Shown here in pieces: positions 13,474 through 25,400 of a DNA stretch of 64,000 nt (position 1 is the first letter of the stretch; the number at the start of each line of letters is the position of its first letter). Location: contig NW_018480069.1 of NCBI RefSeq assembly GCF_002113885.1, positions 34,031 to 98,030 of the forward strand, in the 5' to 3' direction. A program made the translations under genes and the position numbers. The stretch comes from Mizuhopecten yessoensis. Lineage: Eukaryota. Below the pieces are notes generated by a model. It saw only the letters and a program-made list of their open reading frames with translations, ran no database searches and was not told the origin of the DNA.

Positions 13474-16400
13474 ATGACAACGTCTACTTCTACAGTCTCA
13501 ACTCCTGGCGTGGGTCTTATATGGTGCAGTTTATTGCTGCTTTGGTCAGTTGTGGAGGCGCAGGTTGCTACATCTGGGTATGAACTGGCCATTGTTTGTC
13601 ACAAGGAAGGGCACCTTATCGAGGCTCTGGACCTCTACGTAACAAATACCCTGCTCAACCACTCACATGTTGACGAAACTGTAGAAAGGTATGGTAGTAT
13701 CAAACAACACAGTAGGACTAAACGTTACTGTAATATTGTTTTTTTCGTCTGATTGAGAGTGTTTTTATTCCAACTTGAAATCTAATCAATTTATAACTTA
13801 AGATATAATATAATGGTGTGATGACATTATGACGGAAACAGTTCAGTCATCGAAAACCTATCGACACTGCTATCAGGACAAAAATCCACATGTGACCTTT
13901 ACTCAATTAACAAAATGAAATATTTGTTGATGCCCTGCAACTGATCATTTCAAAATCTCCTATCAGTATCAATATGAAAAAATATTCTTTCAATCCTAGA
14001 TAAAAATAACTAAATAAATAAAGGAAATTATGCATTTTTTTATATATTTTTTTAGATTTCTTAAAAAAGTTAAGAAGGAGAGATCAGGGATTGATGACGT
14101 CACTGAATGGATTGGTCACCCTATTAATGCCTACTTCTTAGTCGAGAGAACAGCAAACGGTTGGAGGGAGGTCAAGCAGTGTATCGATTGCAGTACATGT
14201 ACATGTGTTCCTTCCGAGGCTTCTCTGGGTAAGACATTTGCAATCAGTCAATGTAATGGTGAGTTGTGCAGTAGTTGGCGTATATTCAGTCAAATTTACA
14301 TGGTTATCTGTTAATCTAACAGAAATGGATATACCAGAACTGTTTTGAAACAACTTCAATCGACAAGTTTGTAGATATGTCAGTCATTTACATGGACGTA
14401 CTGTACACGCAGATACAGTATAAACAAAGCAGCCTAATAATTTCCAGTTCCCTGCTACTGTATATGTAATTACCGGGTAACAGGTACATGTTTTGAATCA
14501 CTAGTAGACTGTGGAGGAGGTGAGGATTTTCAACACAAAGCGTGACAGACCCAATTAACACAGGTACTGTCCAGTTGTGTTCTGATAAATGTCAAATCAG
14601 CGACGAACTGCAAACGGCTCTATATGCACGTGTAATAATAATGTACCTTACAGTTTTATAATTTGATTTTTTTCAAACGTCTTCATGTAAATCTTTCCTT
14701 TGTTCATATTTTGCATCAGTTTTATCGATTGTTATTTCAAATACTGGTTTTGTTGACACTAAGCTCTTGTTGTTATTTATAAATGAATCCACTTTTTCTA
14801 TAATGTTCACGATCGATAGATTTATTTAGAAAAAAAGCATTCGCAATTGTTATGATTCGAGTTGACCTCACTATTATTTTCCTTTGATATATTGAAGCGA
14901 TGTTAATACTTCGACCAATATTGATGACTTATTGCAAACGTTTGATTCCATTTAAGATTTTCTGTCGTCATGGAAAAATATCATAGACGACGATGGCATT
15001 TGGACAAGAATTGATGACGTCAGTATTGCTGCAAATGGTCTAGGACGACTTCATCACACTTATGACTTGGATATCAAAACTCTAATGTCCGGAACCATTT
15101 CAAACAAAGGTACATCACCACTGACCACTTCAGATGTCCTCAATATAGCAAATTATCTGGAAGAAGAGTTTCAAGTTACATGGTATGAAGCCTTACTGGA
15201 GGTTGTTGACGTCACCGAGCTGGAGTCAGTTTTTTATAATTTGGCTATTGCCCACCACACGGTAAGGTTACCATACACGTTCGGATGATGTGCATGTACT
15301 GTATAGCGGTTATATTTCGCGGGGTTTTTAATTTCGCTATATTCGCGCTATGATTGATATCCGAGAATTCTAAACACCAGCGAAATTATCGAAAATGTTA
15401 ACCACTTTTAAGGCCCTTATCACAACATGTCGAAAATACTTTTAACCAAACGCTGTTATGCATAATTTAATGAACTCAAATAAGATTATCGCCGGACAAC
15501 TGGCAGTCAATGTAAAAACAACACTTACGTTTAAGTTGCCACAACATATTTATGTGTACACAGTAGGTGATTAATTGATTACAGTTTACTCCTACAAAGG
15601 TACATACACATTTGATTTTCTTTCGAGTGAAGTCACTGGCGGATGAGGACGCACGGAATCAGCGTTTTCAAACGGTTTAACTAAATTTCGAGGTTTAACC
15701 CTTAAATGATGACACTCAGAATATTTTGCACGACACATGGGATTTGGGTGGCGCATCGAATTTAATTCCCGCGAATATGTACTGAATACGAAACCGCAAA
15801 ATATGACCCCGCGAATTTAAAGCGCTATACAGTATGCAATTTGTAATTATATAATTTTAGATATTGTCTGACATGTTATAAATATAACATGCTTTCATGT
15901 CATTTCTTAGAATAGCACTTCACACAAAACACCAAGGAATTGTATTGTTCATAGCAAAAGTTATTAAATTATGTTGTTTTAGTAAATATTTAAAGTAAAT
16001 GAAAAAAAGAAACTTTTTGAACTTCTCTTCAATGCATATCAAAATTGAGATATTATTGCTAGATCTTTACTTCTATGAGCCGTTATTTGTTTTTACTTTT
16101 TGACATTTCCCCCCATTACTTCTATGGGCCATAATATATATATATACAACGTATATTTATATATTACTTTTAGACATTTCTTTCCATTATGTTTATGAAT
16201 CATGATATTTTTTTACTCTATGGATACAGGGAGGATTCTCATGGAAAGCACTGGATATTCTGACAGATTTACAGAAGACAAGTCAGTACTGACGAGTGAT
16301 GCTAAACCTGTTCTTGGAGTTACATACATTCTAATCCTCTACGAAAACAAGCAAACCTGAGAATATAGTTCATAAGGAAATGTTATCTATTAGCCAAATG

Positions 16401-19400
16401 TTTTAAATCTGCTATGTTTTCTGTATTTCTATATATGTTTAAGAAAACGTCAGACATGGGTTATCATTCTTTGGCATTTGATTTTTCTTATCACTGAAAA
16501 GTCCAAATAGAACGAACCGGTCATATAGTACAGAAACAAATGCTGTTTTGGTTATCTATAAAACTTTATTTTGATTTTACAAAATTTATGAAGCAAGTTA
16601 TATAATTCATTTTCATCACTCATTAGCACGCAGGAGGGTTTGATGAGGGAGGAAACCGGAGTAACCCGACAAAAAACCAAGTGGTCGGGTAGGCGACCCC
16701 ATCCTCGATACTGCAGGGGTTACGCTCACTGTCGCTCTCTGCACACCTGGAATATCGAAAGATTTAGTGTGTACCATCGGGAAGACTAGTGTGTTTCATT
16801 GATGTACATCAAAAGAATCCGTCGGTCGCTTAACGGTAACATTGACTGTCCTTCCTTTGCGATTGGATCTTCAAAGGACAGGTATCAGTCTAGCAATTGG
16901 TCAGGTATGTTGCACCTGAGACCAATCAAGTAGATTGCCACGTACCTTCAACTTTGATATGACATATTTCAGGGCTACAGCGAACGAAAGTGAGCTTAAC
17001 CCCTGGAATAACGAGGATGGGTGATCCCATACCTTTCAACCCCGATCGGGGAATCGAGCCGAGGCAGTATCGACAAACCAAATTATTGCTTTTAGATTAT
17101 ATCTAAAAGATGTAAACTGAGAGGAACGTGATCTATAAATTAACCACAGGGGCATAATCCAATCTAAGCTATCAACCTTGATGAAACTCTATGTGTTTAT
17201 ATACATGTACCACCAAAACCGTCAATTGGTTGCATATAATCTATATGACAGGTAAAAGGCCTATGGAAGATATGATTAAGACAATCAGACAAAAGGCCGA
17301 GACATCTGGAGAGGATGAACCCATAGTGACATGGTTTTCCAACATAAAGGATGCTTACCAGAAGCTGTGTCGGCAAAGTTTCGAGGTACTGAGTTGGGGT
17401 TATATAATATTCTGTTAGACCTCTTGTTGAAATGTTATATCCAACATGTCATTGAACACAGCTGAAAATACAGATTGATCTGTTAGACATAATCCATTTG
17501 CTAAACTAAACAAGAAATGTATGGCTACTCCGAGTCGAATCCAAAACTAACTAAACTATAACGCTTTGCTTTCAGACAAATCAAGTTGCACCCAACCTTC
17601 ATTGTTACAACAAGGTGACACGAATCCCCTACTACACAGGTAAAGAGGAGGTACTGAGCTACGTACCACGGATATCTAGGTTCCACGACGTCATATCAGA
17701 CGAAGAGATTTTACAACTACAGGATACCTGCAAACAGAACGTAAGTAACCACAGTTACTTTCGTGGCATGTTTAATGTTATGGGAATTTCTTTTGACTTA
17801 ATCTAAATGTCATTTTATTCGTTTACTGTAATATGTATTTGTAGATGAAGGTAGCAACTGTTATTGGAGCGGATGGAAAAAAAACCCAAAATCTTCACTA
17901 TAGAACTGGTGCAAGGTAAGTAGCACACAGACTAAGGTCGTATGTTTTTTTAATTCAATTCCCCGACCAACAAGTTTAGTGACTTCTTATTTTTGCCAGA
18001 TATTTATAGAAATTCACGTTGAAATTGTCGGACATATGCATGTGTGGATGTGAGTAAAACGGTTCCTGTTCCGATCTAACGCCAATCATAGGTTTTCGAA
18101 AAGGTGACGCCAACGTTCCACAATATGTCTGAATTTGCTTCAGCTTAGTTTGTAAGTGTATTATGACATTGCCAACTCCTTCAAATACATCATTAGCAAT
18201 TATGGACTGTTTGAGGACTTATTTAATGGTGTCCGCTTCAATTAAAGTTTGTTTTGCTATGGTTTTGTTTCACAAATATATGTATACGAAACATTTAAAT
18301 CTGCTCATACGGTCACCTTCATTACGTTTCCCATCGTGTGGTACACTGGCTTATGTTGTTGTTGTTTCAGTTAGAAGTTAACCTGTATAAGTCATTACCT
18401 ACATTAAGAGACAACCTTTTGAACTCCTCTAGGGGGTTCTATTAATGTAGGTTTGACTGTATATTATTGAAACTATTTTGTTGTAGAAACTTGCCATCAT
18501 ATATATTTAAAATGATTTTTTTACAAACCTTATGCTGTATAATATTATACTGATATTTTACAGGCATACAACTTTATGATATTATAACAAATATGATCTT
18601 TATGTTTTGTTTTAAACATTGATACTACATGTGTCTGTATATGTAATCAGATCGATCAGTTTGCTTTCCAGGTACGTGATGCATTTCCGTTACAAATCTG
18701 ATTATATATGGTTGTAAAAGTTTTCCTATACAAGCCTTGTAATGCTTAGTATTGTGACAATTTGAATGAGAAACTTGATGCTTTCTATGATTTTTATGTT
18801 TATTTTCAAATTTGGTTACTTTTTATGGTTCTCCCCTTCTTTTTTTTTTATCTAAACATGATAATTTTTATGGTTCTGATTAGTAATATTTTTGTTTGCG
18901 ACTTTCATCTCTTTTTAGAAAGGAAACAATTTATAATATTCACGCCTTGCTCATGATTTAAAGTATTAACCAATACTCTTATGATTTTTAAAATCAATAT
19001 TTTAAATAGATTTTACGCACTTCGCATTCTTTTTAAACAGTATATGAGACCAATTTCGAGTTTAACATTTTTTACCCATGGCAACATAGATGTGTCCTTG
19101 AAGGGGTGAAAAGCTGTTTGGTGCAGTTATAATTATATTTTGACATTTTGTATCTGTTTCTCCTTTACAAAAAGAAAAAAGAAAAAAACAAAGTGTCAAC
19201 AAAACCATAATTCGAACTCAGACTTGATAAAACAAAAAGAAAAGGACAAAAGACCATGTGGTCCGGAAGGGTAAGCGTATTCTGCTTAATGGACGAACCC
19301 ACCAATGGAAATATAGTACAGATCCAAGTAGTAATAACACGTCCTCAAATCGAGATCTCGAATAGCGACAACAAAATCACAATAGGCACTGCTTATCACA

Positions 19401-22400
19401 ATCAAAAACATTGACCTTCAAATTACACAAACATAAAACGCATTTCCCTATGCGACCAGATAACTTGTCCAAAATCTTCATCAACGTGCATCTTTGGAAA
19501 CCCTGTTTGTTATTTTTGTTCGTCATCAGCCGACATCTATCACGGGAGTCATGATATTCGGACCAAGCTCATGGATATCGTATAATAAGCCTGATGGTAA
19601 TGTTGTAAGCAATATCGATAAAAGCGATTGACGTGTTACGGTCTGTTATGTATTTCATTTCAAACCCGTGATTGTTTATTCATGATCTATTCCGTCACTA
19701 AATTTCCTGTCATTTTAATACAGCATATTGTCGATATGTCTGATTGTGAAATTGAAGAACTTGGCTAAGCCTCATAAAAAGTCATCAATAAATTTAGATT
19801 CATACGAAAACAAATACAAATCGGTCAGAAGATGGGCATAATTTGTTTTCATAGGAATTCCTACAGTCTGCTGGAAAGTCTTGTGACCGACCGCAATATA
19901 TTGTAAACAAGGAACTCCAATATTCTAACAATTTCGCCCACAGTATTTTTGATTTTGATCTTTGTTGTGCTTTTCACAAATTATGCTTATGATCTTACAG
20001 GGTCATTACATCAATATGGATGGTATTTGTCTTTTCTAAAACACAGTCCTAGATAGAATAGTGTGGTCAGAGAGGGTTGGAATGTTTATATAAAAATGTA
20101 TCTCCATGGTTCACTACAGAATGATGTCCATTCGTTCAATACCGCAAAACATGTCGTCATAGGTAATGCTGTTTCCAGTTCTGATATGTTGTTTACATAA
20201 CCTGAATCCGTACTTGATTCGGATGTTTTGTTTGAAACAATTCATTTCTGTGATGCACTTTTTACAAACTTGATACTTATAATACGGTACCTGCTTGTCA
20301 CCATTGTTGTAAGACATACTGTTGTATATTGATATGAGAGATTTGTTTTATAACATAATTGTTATGCATAGTTGTGATACATGTAAAATCCTCATGCATT
20401 ATATGTTTGGAGAGTATTTTCGTTTTGTTTGATTTACCTTTTCAAACTTAGTACTGCACATTGCTGTGTTGTTTGTTTGGCAAAACTGATGTTGAAAGTG
20501 TTTTTGTGAAATCTTTTTCAGTACCTGGGTGGAACCTAGGAAGAATATTTCTCTAAAACTAGAAAAACGAGTTGAACTTTTAACAGGACTCGATACATTC
20601 TATAGAAAGGAGGTTAACACGTCCCAATACTTCAATGTAAGAAATGATTTCTTTTTCTATTTATTGTATTATGCATGTATTATTTAACCACGTCTGAATA
20701 ACAAGTAATCGAGAGAAAAATACACGCATGTCGTATTACCATCCCCCGCATTCACCGAAACGAGGGTTTTCATTTGGGTTTGTCCGTCTGTCCGTCTGTT
20801 TGTCACGCTGCGAGTCCGTGCAATAACTGCAACAATTATTAACAGATTTTCTTCAAACTTGGTACCAGGGTTAAATGCCTTAAGTGCTCAAACAACTTAG
20901 ATGACCACTTTCAGCGGACTATATTTGGCGGAGTTATGGCCCATTGAATAACAAAAAACGTCATTATCTCCCGTTTCTGTTTATTAACTCTCGCAAATAT
21001 TATCTGATTGTCTTCTAACTTAGTAACAGGGTTCAACGTATTTTAGGGCTCGGCCAAGTCTGACAACCACTTTAATCGGACTCCATTTGTCGGAGTAATG
21101 GCCCCTTGATTAACGAAAAACTTCATTATCTGCAGTTTCGCTTAATAACTCTAGCAAATATTAGCCAAATTCCTTCAAACTTGATGAAATTGTTTCTCTT
21201 CCTCTGTCTTTACACCCATCTCGGGCACTCTTTGGATTTGGTGTGATATTTGCAGTAGATATTGTGCAGATATTTCAACCAAATTCCGTATGCACATCCA
21301 ACTCATGCTAAGTTTGCCAACCGATGTGATTAGTGCATATTTACTGATAATTAATGAGGTAAGTAAATTCTGATTATTAAACGATTGATTTACACCGTAA
21401 TACCTACATGTTCAATAAAAAGTCTAATTTCTGTATAAGGCTTTTTTCCCCTTCGAGTTGCAAGCTATACATTATGTCTCAACAGCACGATACTCACATG
21501 TTTAAACCTAAACCTGATAATGCTTACCTACAATATGTCCTGCTAGCGGGGGAAATACATTCCACGAATTTGCTTGTATTAACTTTGACATATGATGTTA
21601 ATAGCAAGTATTAAACCTGATATTAAGTAAAGATTTGTAGACTTATAAATTCAAATAAAAACATAATTGATATAATCGTTAAAAAGAAATAGTAAGTGTT
21701 TGTGAATCGATAGGATCTGAATTATAAACAAACAACCGAACGAACAAGTGTGGAAGAAATACTAATATCTTCAAGAATGGGACTATTCTGTGAAAATAAT
21801 ACGAAAAGGTACCGTAGAATACTAATTTGTTCACAAGGCAAACTCTGTCAAAGATAAGACTGTATGTATTCTGTCTTATGATTAGAACGATATAGTGTGC
21901 AACTACTAGTTAACCCGTATATTGCCGACAAATATGTTTATGTAAACTGGCAAACATTTTTGTTACTGATTTTGACTGCCGACACAAAACGTCACATTAT
22001 GTAAAATTGGTACGTCAAATTTGTTTTAATTACAGTCAACTAATAACTATGATTTTCAACGTTTTTAGTCAAAGGAAGACTATATATTGTAGAATAAAGA
22101 CTCCTTAAAAAGGGGGTCTGAATACAGTATTCCTCTCGAGGGTATCTGGAATTTGGGTTAAAACCCGTGACTGGGCCTTTAGTTCTGTTTTTAAGCCTCT
22201 AGAGCATCACAGGTTTTGAAATTCCAACCCCTGAACCAATAATGCAATAACCACAGTTGTTTTCTTAGATTGCGATCAAAACGACCGTTACTCGCCAAAT
22301 GTGTAGGGTTCTTATTCCTTCATACATATATTCTGTCACAGAAACTATGAATCTTGAGAGATATTGATCTAGCATACAAAGCATGATCGTACTTTTTGAT

Positions 22401-25400
22401 TCTGTTTTCCTACAGATATTTCTGAACAGTTTATATACGTATTCTTTTGAGCCGTAATTCATTGTAACCCTGATGAAAAAATGGTGCTTCAATTTTCGTA
22501 TTCCAAGTGATTATCTTGCGGCAAATGTCGGACAAGTTTGCTGATCGACTTTCGTTCCCCGATGTTGATTGTAACCATATCAGCAATGATATCCTGACAC
22601 CATCTAACGAGACCATTTGTTATGTCCAGATCAATGGTTTCAATATTGTAATGTCAACCAGTATTACAACACTTTTAAATGTTCCAAATAATAAAGAAAT
22701 ATCAGCTGATGTTCCGGATGGATGAACATTTCTTATAATGCTTTCGTTTTTAACTGTGTTTCAACATGTTCATGAGCATTTTAGATATAGATTATCTGAA
22801 ACACAGCGGAAAGGAAAAGTATACTAGAAAAGATTTTTTATGAGTACTACTTATGAGTTTACTCTGGTATTTTCATTGAAGTTCCTTATATTTTCTTTTA
22901 TTTGTTAATCAATTAATGTTTTTTATCTTAATATTTCTTTTGATTCTGTTGTTTTCTTCTTTGTAAATGATCACGATATATTTCTGATTTTGCTCTTCTG
23001 TTGACGCTAACTTATATAAAAATGTCTCTATTTTACTAAATATGAACTGTGAGAAATGGGATATGTATCATTTATATTTGCACATGCTTAACATTACATG
23101 ATATATAATATTAACCGACGTTTACATGTACTCAGATGGTGAACTACGGACTTGGGGGACATTATATCCCACACCTGGATGCAGTAAATGTGAGTATGTT
23201 TAAATGTTAACATTTCCGTGACAACACATAACATTTTGATTTTAGTCTAAACATCATTGATCGTGCATATTCCCTAAAAAACGTGTTCGTCGCTCCTGAT
23301 ATGTTTGTTCGATTTAATTCAAACAATAAAAGTACGGAACACTATCAATATTTGCAAAATTGATTGTAATGTTAATCATATATTCTGTTTCGATCACATA
23401 GAAGACATCGTGGTATTCTGCAATATGCCATTATTGAAGGCGTGGTTGTAGTCTGTATTTTGTCATGACCAACATAATCTATTTTATTTGAGTTAGAGTT
23501 ACCCCCTTGAGAATTATGAATTAAATGATATGCAGGCATGTGATCCTGTATATTTTTCATATGTGTCATTAATTAATTGAACATTTCCTTATTACTTACA
23601 AGATATCATTTTGTTTTTGCATTGTGGCAGTTCAAATTTAATCACAACATGGAAGCATGTTATTATGGTATCCCTAAATAATGCTGTGTAGCTAGGGGAA
23701 AACCGTACAGCTTGTTCAGATTTTTAGTGGTTTATCCCGATTATACTGTAGCAATTGGACTTTTCCTGCCGACATGAAAAGGAACCATTAACACGGATAT
23801 GTTGTACCGACAATACTCTATCAAACATTGTACCCGGCATACGTTATAAAGCTGAATTGTTGAATTCAATTACCATCCACGAATTAATGCTTTTGACAGT
23901 TTACATTCTAATAAGAGTTGTTTCAGTCCAGTCATCTATTATGCTCAGCCTGATACATGTAATAACTGTATATCTTTATGACATGTCATTATGGATTATA
24001 TTCACATGGATAATAGTTTGTGAACCTCTTTAATTGGACATAGATTGTGATAAAGCGGTATATGAGAACCTCAAATTATTATATATTTTTTTATTACTTA
24101 ACAGTCCCGAACATACAAAAAGGAAGGCTGGAACAATACTTTTGGAGACAGAATAGCTACCTGGATGTTTTATGTAAGTAATACCTAAACGGAATGGCAG
24201 GTTGATATAAAATAAAACACCACAGTTGAATTTATTTTTATCTGTTAAGCAATGTTAATATAGCAATGCACTGGTTAGTTAAAACAGGTATCCAATACCT
24301 GATCATATTATGACCCTAGCACTTTGCTAATTCGCAATAAAAATGAATATTTATCTTACCATTGACACAGTATTCATTGTAATGTTATGATTAAGTAACA
24401 ATGTTCATAACTCGTTTTCCAAAGTTTAAAATTCTGCTAACCTTGGTAAGATTTTGTCTTACTTACGAATACGGGTAGATGTAATGTACGTCATGACAAA
24501 AGAGAAAAGTAGGTCGTGTTCAGTGTTACTGGATCTATGCAGGATTATTATTACAAAACCAAAAATAAGAGTACAGAAAAAAAAAGTTTTTAGACGTTAC
24601 AAATTTGAGTTCGAATTTGACCTTCAGTATTGGCGCAATGGTACCATGTATTTGTTGTTTCTTTTTTATTGTGTTTGATTACGGATTTTGAATGTGTATT
24701 GACGATGTTGTTGTTATTTTCTCTTTTTCATTTTGATTTTCTAGTCAGCGCTTAACGATTGCTTATCTAACTATTAACTTTTTCATTAGCTTAACACAGT
24801 AGAAGCAGGGGGTGCAACTGTTTTCCCCATTCTCAATCTCAAGATATTCCCCATCAAAGTACGTATACTATTCTAAGTTAACTAAACAATTATTCATTTT
24901 GTTATCTGCATTTCACGTTTTGAAAGTTTCGATATAATGTCATTATTATATGCATATTTTATTAGCTGATATAGATACTGCAAACATATACGAAGAAGGA
25001 ACACGAAATAATGGGTTCTTCTTTTATGAAATATCTTATGACTTGGAAAATAAGACACCTGTACTACTACTTTTATAAGAAACCCCAGTACCAACACAAA
25101 CACAGTCAATAGTTAAAGTATAAAACTAAATTTTAGTTTATACTGGAAACAAGAAAATGGAGGTAGTCCGCAATAGTCCGTCTTTGCGTATTGCAGAGTT
25201 ATCTTCTCTTGAGAACAGGTATTGATTGTTACGTCATTTGTTTGTGAGAGTAACGTCATCAATTTTTGAGAAAACGACGTAATTTTCTCACACAAACCAA
25301 TGACGTAACAATCAATACCTGTTCTCAAGAGAAGATAACTCTGCAATACGCAAAGACGGAATATCGTTTTTCTAATTATTTTAGGGGTCGGCCGTGTTCT

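Noticed and set aside
22500-22730. Minus-strand DLDITNGLV resembling a Pif1/Helitron helicase motif
   Set aside because: A single short match that needs a frameshift; no other helicase motifs were recognised nearby.
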